Below are positions 29,106 to 37,902 of a DNA stretch of 64,000 nucleotides, piece by piece. The translations under genes and the position numbers were made by a program. The DNA is from an uncultured delta proteobacterium (lineage in GTDB: Bacteria > Desulfobacterota > RBG-13-43-22), in the NCBI GenBank assembly GCA_963790475.1, contig CAWBOS010000012.1, positions 320,001-384,000 on the forward strand. Direction: 5' to 3'. The notes under the pieces are model-generated. The model did no database searches. It was not told where the DNA came from and was given only the letters and a program-made list of their open reading frames with translations. Position 1 is the stretch's first letter; every line of letters begins with the position of its first letter.

Positions 29106-29574
29106 CTATGATTCTCCTATTTTTATTAAGGCGCTCAGCTCAAATTGAAAGACCTATTTAATTTCCAAATTGTGAAACTATACCAAAATATTGAGTCATT
29201 ATACAAGTTATTTTCTGCCTTTTGGGATGTGCCACCTTCTTGCGGTGTCAGAAGTCATTGTCAGGGAAAACCTGGTAAGATGCCCCCAAATTCCCTGAAG
29301 TCGTGAGAAGGGCGGAGGATGATGGGGGGAAGGCAATACCTTTCTTATTGGTTAAATAAAAATGATCAATTGGCTCTTTTAGGGAACCATGGTAGGATGT
29401 ACCATAATAAAAAATTAGAAATCGAGTAACAGCTCAGGAGTTTGAAAAAATATTTTTTCTTTGCGCCCTCTGCGGCTCCGCGGTGGAAATATTTATTTCA
29501 AAGAGCTAAACTGATACGAAATTAAGTGGTCGGCTGAAACGACCAAAAGACGAAAGCAAAAGGGAAGGAACACG

Positions 29575-31710
29575 ATGGAAATCAAGGATGGCCATTATAT
29601 CTCTACCTGCGGTCTTGACTGCGGATCCCGCTGTCTTCTCAAGGTTCAGGTAGAGGGAGGAAAGGTAAAAAAGATTACCACCGATGACCAACCGGGGCCC
29701 GGCCTGAAGGCCTGTGCCAGGGGACTCTCCCAGCGGGAAGTCCTGTACGCCGAAGACCGCCTGAGATTTCCGATGAAGAGGGTGGGGGAGAGGGGCAGCG
29801 GCCGGTTCGAAGCCATATCCTGGGAAGAAGCCCTCGATCAAATCGCCAAAGAACTTCGAAGGGTCAAGGATCAACATGGGCCCGATTCCGTTTTGTTTTT
29901 AGGCCATTCCGGTTCTTCGGGCGCCCTGCACAGCACCGGGACACGTACCGGAACCGGACGCCGCTTCTTTTCCCTCTTCGGCGGGAGCACCGCTACCTGG
30001 GGCAATACCTCTCTGGAAGGGGGACTTTTTTCCTCCCAGATGACCTTCGGGACGCCCTATAACAAGAATTCCCGGGATAACCTTCTTCACTCTAAATTGA
30101 TCATCCTCTGGGGATGGAACCCCCTGGAGACGCGCTTCGGCCCGGATACGGTCCATTACCTCGATCAGGCCAAGAAGAATGGAACCCCCTTTATTTGTGT
30201 GGACCCCCGTCTTAATCCCACCGGCCGACATCTGGCTGCGCAATGGATTCCCATCCGCCCGGCCACAGATACGGCCATGCTCATCGCCATGGCCTATGTC
30301 CTGATCGAAGAAGACCTCTATGATCACCAGTTTGTTGAAAAATACACCTCCGGCTTTGATTGGTTTGAGGAATATGTTATGGGAGGTGAAGACAATCAGC
30401 CCAAGACGCCCGACTGGGCCGAAAAACGGACCGGGGTCCCTTCCGACACCATTGTCCAGCTGGCACGTGATTATGCCCTTCAAAAACCAGCCGCCCTCAT
30501 TACGGGATGGGCACCGGGACGAACGGCTTACGGGGAACAGTTTCACCGGGCCGCCTCCGTTCTGGCGGCCCTGACCGGCAACATCGGAATAAAAGGGGGA
30601 CATGTAGCCGGAGGAACCGACGCCATGACCGTGGGATATCTACCCGGTCTGCCAAAGCCCAAAACCCATTTTCCCCTGGTCCATGTCTCCGATCTATACG
30701 ACCTTCTTCTCCGGGGCAAAGCAGGCGGATTTCCCGGCGACATCAAGGTGCTTTATATTTTGGGCTGCAATCTCTTAAACCAGTGGTTGAATATCAATAA
30801 GGGGGTTAAGGCCCTGGGAAGGCCGGAACTGATTGTCGTTCACGAACTTTTCATGACGCCTACGGCACGCTTTGCCGACCTGGTACTTCCCGTAGCCCAT
30901 TTCCTGGAGAGGCAGGATATCGGCCAACCCTGGGGTGGCGGGCCGTACAATATTATCATGGAAAAGGCCGTGGCCCCCCTGCCTCAGGTGAAGTCCGATC
31001 TGGATATCTTCACCGAACTGGCCTTTCGTTTGGGCATCAAAGGATACAATGATAAAACGGAGGATGAATGGCTCCAGGAATTTTTCTCCGCCGTCCCAGG
31101 CCTCCCGGATTATACCCAATTAAAAGACAAAAAGGTCTATCACTACCGGATTCAGGAACCCTGGGTAGCTTTTCAGAAAGAGGTTGAAGATCCGGCCAAC
31201 CACCCCTTCCCGACCCCATCCGGGAAGATCGAAATTTACAGCCAAAAGATGGCCGAAATGGGTGATCCTTTGATCCCGCCCGTACCCAAATATATTGCGC
31301 CTTGGGAAGGGCCTCAGGATCCCTTGACGAAAGACTTTCCCTTCCAGTTGGTAAGTCCTCATTCCAGAGGAAGGATCAACTCTTCGCTGGACAACATCCC
31401 CCGCCTTAAAGCTTTGGCCGATGATGACCTGTGGCTCAACCCAATGGATGCGGCCGGGCTTGGGGTTCAATCGGGAGAAGAAGTCTGCGTGTATAACGAG
31501 CGGGGAAAAATGATTCGGAAAGTCAAGGTGACGGACCGGATCATGCCCGGGGTGGTGAGCCTGGATGCCGGGGCCTGGTACAGTCCCGATGAACAGGGAA
31601 TAGATCAGGGCGGTTGCGTCAATGTCCTTACGATAGATAAAAAATCACCGGCAGGGGACTTTCCCTGCAACAGTTGTCTCGTTCAAGTGAGCGGTAAAAG
31701 AAAGGAGTGA
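29575..31710 (+). CDS. Molybdopterin oxidoreductase, DMSO reductase family catalytic subunit
   Basis: CGLDCGSRC...C Fe-S motif, RLRFPMKRVGERGSG, WGWNP, TPSGKIEIYS; no twin-Arg leader. Confidence 0.9.
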   Translation: MEIKDGHYISTCGLDCGSRCLLKVQVEGGKVKKITTDDQPGPGLKACARGLSQREVLYAEDRLRFPMKRVGERGSGRFEAISWEEALDQIAKELRRVKDQHGPDSVLFLGHSGSSGALHSTGTRTGTGRRFFSLFGGSTATWGNTSLEGGLFSSQMTFGTPYNKNSRDNLLHSKLIILWGWNPLETRFGPDTVHYLDQAKKNGTPFICVDPRLNPTGRHLAAQWIPIRPATDTAMLIAMAYVLIEEDLYDHQFVEKYTSGFDWFEEYVMGGEDNQPKTPDWAEKRTGVPSDTIVQLARDYALQKPAALITGWAPGRTAYGEQFHRAASVLAALTGNIGIKGGHVAGGTDAMTVGYLPGLPKPKTHFPLVHVSDLYDLLLRGKAGGFPGDIKVLYILGCNLLNQWLNINKGVKALGRPELIVVHELFMTPTARFADLVLPVAHFLERQDIGQPWGGGPYNIIMEKAVAPLPQVKSDLDIFTELAFRLGIKGYNDKTEDEWLQEFFSAVPGLPDYTQLKDKKVYHYRIQEPWVAFQKEVEDPANHPFPTPSGKIEIYSQKMAEMGDPLIPPVPKYIAPWEGPQDPLTKDFPFQLVSPHSRGRINSSLDNIPRLKALADDDLWLNPMDAAGLGVQSGEEVCVYNERGKMIRKVKVTDRIMPGVVSLDAGAWYSPDEQGIDQGGCVNVLTIDKKSPAGDFPCNSCLVQVSGKRKE

Positions 31711-31781
31711 CATTCGAGTAAAATAAGGAACGTGCCGCCTTTTTCTTTTAGGCCAATGCATAGTCGGCTTCTTATAGTCTC

Positions 31782-32084
31782 TTATTGTTTTGAAGAAGTT
31801 ATAAGCTCTTTAATAAAATTGCGTTTGCTATGAATTAATGTGAGAACTTCGATCTTATCGGGAAATATTTCATAAATTAGACGGAATGAGTAAATGAATA
31901 ACTCTCTGATGTTGGGGTCTTCTATTTCGGGTACAATTCGTCCCGCCTTTGGGAAGGAATTTAATGTTTCAGTTTTTTCAATGATTTCCAATGAAACTTT
32001 TTTTGCATATAATTTTGAGTCCCTGGCAATGTAATCATGGATTTGCTTTAAATCGAGCTTTGCCGGTTTTGTCCATCTTACCAC
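31782..32084 (-). CDS. RelE/ParE-family toxin
   Basis: WTKPAKLDLKQIHDYIARDS...FPKAGRIVPE...RELF...RLIY. Confidence 0.85.
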   Translation of the reverse strand: MVRWTKPAKLDLKQIHDYIARDSKLYAKKVSLEIIEKTETLNSFPKAGRIVPEIEDPNIRELFIYSFRLIYEIFPDKIEVLTLIHSKRNFIKELITSSKQ

Positions 32085-32257
32085 GATTCCATCTCTCTTT
32101 TTAATTCTTCAATAGAAAGTGAATCCCCACATTCGGCTGCCGCTCTGCCTTTATTGATCTTGTCGATGACATAAAGTTCGTACATAATATCATCAATGTT
32201 TGCTGTTTCCGGCAAGTTTGAAATGACTTTGATTGCTTCTTGTTTTAAAGTTTCCAT
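32078..32257 (-). CDS. Cognate antitoxin of the RelE/ParE toxin
   Basis: Small acidic ORF (LPETANIDDIMYELYV) overlapping the toxin start. Confidence 0.75.
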   Translation of the reverse strand: METLKQEAIKVISNLPETANIDDIMYELYVIDKINKGRAAAECGDSLSIEELKREMESW

Positions 32258-32272
32258 AACCAAGACCTCCAT

Positions 32273-32443
32273 CTACTCGCTTACTTCATAAAAGGTTTCA
32301 ATATGAAAACGAATTGCAGATTTAACATCAGACAAAGCTTCTTCGTAGGTTTCTCCCTGTCCTACGACAACCCCCTTAATTCCCAATGGATAGGCAACAT
32401 AGCCGTCGGGATGTTTTTCAACAACGATCTTATATTGTTTCAT
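32273..32443 (-). CDS. HicB-like antitoxin (56 aa, absent from the ORF track)
   Basis: Manual translation MKQYKIVVEKHPDGYVAYPLGIKGVVVGQGETYEEALSDVKSAIRFHIETFYEVSE; QGETYEEAL is the HicB signature. Confidence 0.75.
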   Translation of the reverse strand: MKQYKIVVEKHPDGYVAYPLGIKGVVVGQGETYEEALSDVKSAIRFHIETFYEVSE

Positions 32444-32520
32444 AAAATCCCTTTAATAATTTTTAAATAATGATACCATGTTTTTTGAATTCTCACCAGC
32501 ATTTCCTGACGGTGGCTTTC

Positions 32521-32592
32521 AGATAACGTTAATGTCCCCAAGGAAGGGCCTAGGCTTTGGATGTTAACCACATCACTCTGTTATCGGTCCGT
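32521..32592. repeat. attC-like spacer repeat, copy A
   Basis: TAAC-N15-GAAGGGCCTAGGCTTTGG-N13-CACTCTGTTATCGGTCCGT; near-identical blocks at 35487-35556. Confidence 0.7.
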
Positions 32593-32628
32593 AGCAACAT
32601 AAATAGGGGAATGGTCCCTCGCTCTCCC

Positions 32629-33285
32629 TTAACGTATATCGTAAATTGTTTTAACAGCGTAATACAAGGCCATGAACCCAAATATTATTAAGCAAAGATT
32701 AGAAAGAAGAATCAGCCATTTTTTTAATTGATCGTTTATTCTCTTTTTTAGTTTACTGACGATAAAAATAAGGGGAACAAACCAAAGCAACACTCCCAGC
32801 ATAATAAATGATACCGTTACGATCCCGTAATTTCTGTAATTTGGAAATTTATGATTCCAGATTAAGAAGAAATTCCCGGCCACAACAATCCATCCCACTA
32901 TGGTCAACGGATTGGATAAGGTGATTACAATACCGGAAATAAATGTGGTCAGTGGATTAGATTGAAAACGGGGTTTATTTTCTTCGATTTCCTGGTTCTT
33001 TCTTATGGAACTTATCGATGACACCCCAAGAACGATCAAAATGATTCCACAGACAATCCAAAGTACGATTTTTAAATAGTGATTGGTTGAAATGAGATTG
33101 GCAACTCCAATATAAACCAGGGTTATGTAAAAGATATCTGAAAGACAGGAACCCAAAGTGAAAATAGCACTATTTCTGAATCCATATTGAAGCGCTCTTT
33201 GACAAGCGATAATAGTAACTGAGCCCGGAGGAATCGCAACAACGATACCTAACAGAACTGCCGATAATAAATATTCAATTAACAT
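32629..33285 (-). CDS. LysE/RhtB-family translocator
   Basis: GIVVAIPPGSV...G...SD...ITLSNPLTIVGW; about 6 TM segments. Confidence 0.85.
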   Translation of the reverse strand: MLIEYLLSAVLLGIVVAIPPGSVTIIACQRALQYGFRNSAIFTLGSCLSDIFYITLVYIGVANLISTNHYLKIVLWIVCGIILIVLGVSSISSIRKNQEIEENKPRFQSNPLTTFISGIVITLSNPLTIVGWIVVAGNFFLIWNHKFPNYRNYGIVTVSFIMLGVLLWFVPLIFIVSKLKKRINDQLKKWLILLSNLCLIIFGFMALYYAVKTIYDIR

Positions 33286-33541
33286 ATTTACTCAAATCTA
33301 TTTTTCCCCTTTCGTACAGAAAAATGATTGACCCCAATGAGTCCTGTAGTTTCTGTTAGGGCCTAACGAGGCACAGGGCAAAGTCATCAATTGAAAGACA
33401 TCCTGGTCAAGTCATTATTTCATTGACGTCCCCCAACTCCACTAGCTCCTCAGCCGCAGTGCGGTATGGAGCAAACTCAAAATGTGACGCCAAACTCCGA
33501 CATTGGCCTATGCGAATGTGTGAGAGTCGTTACCAACGCTG

Positions 33542-33853
33542 TTATGCGCAGTTTTCTTCGCTGCGTAGTCTATCTTCAATATCAATCAACAACTTGATAT
33601 ATTTAACCGCCGTCCTGTTTTGAATACCACAGAGTCTCGTTGGGGTTAGTCCTGGAGATATCAGATTCTTAATTGTGTCCTGTGCCAAGGACTTCAACTT
33701 GTTGAATTCCTGTCTAAAGGTAAGAGGAACCTCAGTTGTCGGAAGGAGGATTAAATTCACTGCTTCATTTGCCAACCTTCGAATGGCATCTCCCTCGTGA
33801 GTTGCCATTCGAAGGTTGATTTCGCTTAGTTTTTCTAAGAAGTACAATTTCAT
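33542..33853 (-). CDS. Hypothetical protein (cassette-like)
   Basis: Probable ATG at 33853 just after GTTCGGC; stop lies inside GCATAAC; start uncertain. Confidence 0.5.
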   Translation of the reverse strand: MKLYFLEKLSEINLRMATHEGDAIRRLANEAVNLILLPTTEVPLTFRQEFNKLKSLAQDTIKNLISPGLTPTRLCGIQNRTAVKYIKLLIDIEDRLRSEENCA

Positions 33854-33929
33854 TTTAGCCGAACAAAATTGCGCATAAATTTCCCAACACAAAAGGAGTG
33901 TTATCCAAGGCAAAATTTCGGTGAGTGCA

Positions 33930-34346
33930 TTAAGGCACAAACCTTTTAGAATCATCAAAAACTTTTTTTCGTCTTAGAATTTTCATAACCATTCCGACAA
34001 GAAACAGAATTACAATAGGGCTGATGAAAATAAGAAAAAAAGGAACTTTAGTTTTCTCTGAAATCCAATTGAGAACATTTAGCCCTGCCATATACATCCA
34101 AGAGATTCCCCAAGAACCAATGCCAAATAAAATTAGAATCCAGACAAAAGCTGAACTGATGCCCAGCGCATAAAGTAATCCTTCAATTGAAAACTTCTTT
34201 TTCTCCTTGGCAAGCTCATACAATCCTCCAAGGCAAGCAACTATTGATGCCAAAATGAAAAAGGAACCAATAAGATATAATGAATTTTTCATCCTTCCTT
34301 GAAATTGGTATAGAGATTTCCGAGTTTCAATCGTCATGTAAAACAA
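33930..34346 (-). CDS. Hypothetical membrane protein (about 3 TM)
   Basis: Three hydrophobic stretches; AT-rich. Confidence 0.55.
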   Translation of the reverse strand: MFYMTIETRKSLYQFQGRMKNSLYLIGSFFILASIVACLGGLYELAKEKKKFSIEGLLYALGISSAFVWILILFGIGSWGISWMYMAGLNVLNWISEKTKVPFFLIFISPIVILFLVGMVMKILRRKKVFDDSKRFVP

Positions 34347-34379
34347 TTTCAGATAGCGTATGCGGCACAGGCGAAAAAA

Positions 34380-35003
34380 TTAGTTTTTAAGCACTCCGTT
34401 TGTTTCGTTGTTAGGTAAAGTTTTTTGAAGGTAACCAATGTTTTTTCGAATAGATGTCTCTAAGAATTTGTAGGCTTGGTCATAATCCTGACCAAAATCG
34501 ACATAGCAAATATTTTTAAGCTCCGATGGTACTTCAACCTTCGATAATAACACTGGAAATATCCTAATCTTTCTGGACTTTGCATATTCATATTCATTGG
34601 ACACCCAGGGGGAGTTGATTGAGCTTTGAGAAATAAAGTAGATAAAGAAATTTGCTTTACTTATGGCCTGTTGGATAGTCTGTTGGATGTTATCTCCGAC
34701 GGCTAATATTTCTTCTGGAAGGTATATTCGATACCCATCCTTTTTTAAGTCATTCACAATTTTCATCGCGGTGTCTTTATCAGAAAAAGAAAACGACACA
34801 AATATGGAGGCCTTCCTTCGAATCATTCTTGAAAAAGCATAAACCATAGAAATGCCCATAATCGTAGCGACTATGGAGGATAACAATCCCAGTACAGTTT
34901 CGAAAGAGATCAGTTTTTGGAGAAAGATGGCGAATGACACAACCACGGCGCTTATGCTAACAATGATGGGCCAGTTGTCCCAAAACGATTTTGATTTTTT
35001 CAT
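34380..35003 (-). CDS. Membrane-anchored TIR-domain protein (2 TM + TIR)
   Basis: Two N-terminal hydrophobic helices, then IFVSFSFSD...VGDNI...AISKANFFIYFISQSSINSPWVSNE...IFPVLL...YVDF. Confidence 0.85.
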   Translation of the reverse strand: MKKSKSFWDNWPIIVSISAVVVSFAIFLQKLISFETVLGLLSSIVATIMGISMVYAFSRMIRRKASIFVSFSFSDKDTAMKIVNDLKKDGYRIYLPEEILAVGDNIQQTIQQAISKANFFIYFISQSSINSPWVSNEYEYAKSRKIRIFPVLLSKVEVPSELKNICYVDFGQDYDQAYKFLETSIRKNIGYLQKTLPNNETNGVLKN

Positions 35004-35007
35004 AACT

Positions 35008-35445
35008 TCATCCAATCCAATTTATGACAAAGATCAGGCATAATAAGCCATATATAAACGGAAGTGCAATACCAAAGAAAATGTTCAGATTATCTTGATC
35101 CTTCCACCCCAGCTTTCTTATGAGTGTAGAAATCCCCCAAATTCCTAATACAAACGCTGTTAAAACCCAAGGCACTACTAGAAATTTACCTTTTAGAGTC
35201 CCTACCAATCCAGGATTCAAGCCGGAGTTGGACAGGGAAACTATCTGGTCTGCCATGGTTGCACAATATGTTATGAAAATGACCAAGGCTGCTACGGCCA
35301 TCTCCAAACCAATGGCAAGATCCTCTTTCTTAAAGGCCGTATGTTGATCGTTTCTACTCACTGTCTTAAGAAAAACACTGAACCCAACAGTAAACAAGGG
35401 TACGATAAAGTATTTAAAATAGGGCGATGCTAAAATATTTTCCAT
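35008..35445 (-). CDS. Hypothetical 4-TM membrane protein immediately upstream of the TIR gene
   Basis: 145-aa ORF with four hydrophobic segments; stop 4 nt before the TIR ATG. Confidence 0.7.
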   Translation of the reverse strand: MENILASPYFKYFIVPLFTVGFSVFLKTVSRNDQHTAFKKEDLAIGLEMAVAALVIFITYCATMADQIVSLSNSGLNPGLVGTLKGKFLVVPWVLTAFVLGIWGISTLIRKLGWKDQDNLNIFFGIALPFIYGLLCLIFVINWIG

Positions 35446-35483
35446 ATGTTTATTGCGGTATCATGGCCATCGAAAGAAATTTC

Positions 35484-35556
35484 GTCTAACGGTTTGAGCG
35501 CAGGAGAAGGGCTTAGGCTTTGGGTGCCAAACTCAAGCACTCTGATATCTGTCCGT
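35484..35556. repeat. attC-like spacer repeat, copy B
   Basis: GTCTAAC-N15-GAAGGGCTTAGGCTTTGG-N14-CACTCTGATATCTGTCCGT; on the minus strand it ends GTTAGAC just before the next gene. Confidence 0.7.
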
Positions 35557-35659
35557 TGAGGGCATGCCTTGATAAAGAAAATATGGGAAGTGTCCCTCGT
35601 TCCAAAACCGGTACGAATTTTAGATCCTACGCAAAAATACGATTTTTTCGCTTGTTTTT

Positions 35660-36946
35660 TTAGATCTTTCGAACCCTTACAGCTCGCCAAGATTCACAGT
35701 TTTTCTTTTTATCAAATGAAGGTTCGGCATCGAAAAAAACGATATCACCATTTAAAACCGAGCTTGGTAATTCATTCTGAAAACAAATAGCTGAAAGTTC
35801 TTCTTTTGAGTTTATAAAGCAAATCGGTCTGTCAGAAACAATTGATATCTTTCCTCGCAACCCCTTTTTAAATTCACGTTTTGAGCCACTAAAATTAGAG
35901 CCTTCTAGCTGCTGGAGCCATAATTTTTTACAAGCTATTAGGCAAGAGGAAGTATTTTGAGGTACATTTATTGAAGAATTTTCTTTTTCAAGAGCCTGAA
36001 GTGATGAATTTATAATAGAGGGTATAGGCCAATTATTCTCCAGTCGAATCAACTTAACTAATTGGTAATGATAAAGAGCTTCTTCTTTTTGATTAAAATG
36101 AACACAAAGATCGCCAATATCTTGAAATAGTTTAACTAACATAGTTAGTTTTGAACACAATAAAGCGGCTTGACAAAATTTCTGCAAGGCATCCTTTTTA
36201 TTATCAGAATCGTTTAATACTTTACCGTATTCATGCAATAACCACCAATCCGGGCGTCTGATAGAACATAACTTTTGGTAAATTGCAATTGACTCATCAT
36301 ATTTTTTTAAGTGCCGATATGAAAGCGCTTTTAAGCGTGAAAAAAACTTAGCATTTTTTGGATATTTTCCTTCAAGTGCAATGCATTGCGACAATGCTGA
36401 ATCTGGGTCATTATGTTCTAATAGGGAATTTATTTTAAAATTATGCCATATTTCTTGGTCGCACCAACCTTCTCTGCCATCTTCAATTTTAATTGGTTTA
36501 TCAGAAAGGCTTGCGGGATCAATCTTGTCAACCCAGTCCGCTATGCAATCCCAATCGCCGTGCTTTTTTGCAAATTTAAGAACTTTGAAGACTGTTAATT
36601 TGTTTGCAAGAAAATCAGGATTTAATGCCATAATAGAATTCGCGATATTAACGACGGTGCTAAGCAGTGAATCTTCTGGAAGCTTATTAAACTGGCCTTG
36701 TATTCTTGTCCAAACAACCTCTTTTCGGCCCCATTCAAAGTCGGGAAATTTCGTTATAAGTTCATTAGCCAAAACTAACGCTTCGTCAAAAAGGTGAAGT
36801 TTCCTGAGGCAAGAAAGATAACCTGCCCCATCAAAGGAATCTTTTGTTTTTTCCCATAATGATTTATAAATTGGTAGCGCCTCATCGTGCCGTGAGTCCT
36901 TTCGAAGCTGATTAGCTTTGAATTTTAACTCTTGGATATTTTCCAC
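35660..36946 (-). CDS. TPR-repeat protein with C-terminal OB/cold-shock-like domain
   Basis: Helical repeats (ALPIYKSLWE, ALSYRHLKKYDESIAIYQKL, YGKVL...ALQKF, ALYHYQL) and a beta-rich tail (GKI...CFI...GDIVFF...SFDKKK...WRAVRV). Confidence 0.75.
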   Translation of the reverse strand: MENIQELKFKANQLRKDSRHDEALPIYKSLWEKTKDSFDGAGYLSCLRKLHLFDEALVLANELITKFPDFEWGRKEVVWTRIQGQFNKLPEDSLLSTVVNIANSIMALNPDFLANKLTVFKVLKFAKKHGDWDCIADWVDKIDPASLSDKPIKIEDGREGWCDQEIWHNFKINSLLEHNDPDSALSQCIALEGKYPKNAKFFSRLKALSYRHLKKYDESIAIYQKLCSIRRPDWWLLHEYGKVLNDSDNKKDALQKFCQAALLCSKLTMLVKLFQDIGDLCVHFNQKEEALYHYQLVKLIRLENNWPIPSIINSSLQALEKENSSINVPQNTSSCLIACKKLWLQQLEGSNFSGSKREFKKGLRGKISIVSDRPICFINSKEELSAICFQNELPSSVLNGDIVFFDAEPSFDKKKNCESWRAVRVRKI

Positions 36947-36959
36947 TTGAAAATAGCCC

Positions 36960-37886
36960 CTATGCTAAAACAGATAGAGTTGTCTTAAAGTGCAACTTGG
37001 CCACTTTATTAAGCATTTCTTTGCCATGAATTCTTACGAAATATTTTGCAGCATTAATTGTATCGTCTGAGGCACCCTTTGGTAACTGAATGCCAAATAG
37101 CTCTGAAAGCTTGGAAAGTTTTGTTAGGAACCTATCTCGGGCGAGAATCGATGCCGCAGCAACAGCAATATTTTTTTCTGCTTTTGTCATTTGAAATAAC
37201 TTTATCCGCTTTCCTCTTTCTTGAAGCTTAGATTGAATAAACTTCTTGTCAGCAAATTGATCCGCCAATACTTGATTGCAATCAACTTTTGTTAGCAATT
37301 CTTCTATTGCTTTGGCGTGACCCCAGGCAAGTAAAACATTTAGGTTTTTGTTTTCTATTTTAAATTTAGAATACAGTTCGTTATACTTTTCTGGAGCAAT
37401 CTCGATGATAGAACATTTTCCGTTGACAATAGTTGGAATTATTTTAGCAAGCTCATTTACTTTATTATCCGATAACTCTTTGCAATCTCGTACTCCACGG
37501 GCTTGAAGATCTTTCGACATTGTTGAATTCACGAAAACTGCAGAGGCGACAAGAGGCCCAAAGTAGTCACCTTTCCCAGATTCATCTGAACCAATTAGAG
37601 GGGGCCCAAGTGTAAATGCATTTTTTTGTGTACTTAAATCTTCATTTTGTCCACTGATGCATTGCTGGACAATGGTGGCGCTTTCACCTTTAAGTTGTGA
37701 GTAATCAATTTTTAATATCCCTTTTTTATTCTGAAAAATTCTTATAACACCTGACCATTGAAGATTGAATACGGAGAATTGTATTCCATAATCTATGGAT
37801 GTATAAGGACGAACTGATAATCCACCACTTTCGAGCATGGGTTTTATTTTATCAAAAAGTTCAATAGGGGTTTTGACGTTAAACAT
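36960..37886 (-). CDS. rnhC: Ribonuclease HIII
   Basis: IGSDESGKGDYFGPLV, GVRDCK, DQF, KAE, AVAAASILAR, LPKGAS, VAKLHFKTT. Confidence 0.92.
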   Translation of the reverse strand: MFNVKTPIELFDKIKPMLESGGLSVRPYTSIDYGIQFSVFNLQWSGVIRIFQNKKGILKIDYSQLKGESATIVQQCISGQNEDLSTQKNAFTLGPPLIGSDESGKGDYFGPLVASAVFVNSTMSKDLQARGVRDCKELSDNKVNELAKIIPTIVNGKCSIIEIAPEKYNELYSKFKIENKNLNVLLAWGHAKAIEELLTKVDCNQVLADQFADKKFIQSKLQERGKRIKLFQMTKAEKNIAVAAASILARDRFLTKLSKLSELFGIQLPKGASDDTINAAKYFVRIHGKEMLNKVAKLHFKTTLSVLA

Positions 37887-37902
37887 AAATCACCACCTAA
37901 AA

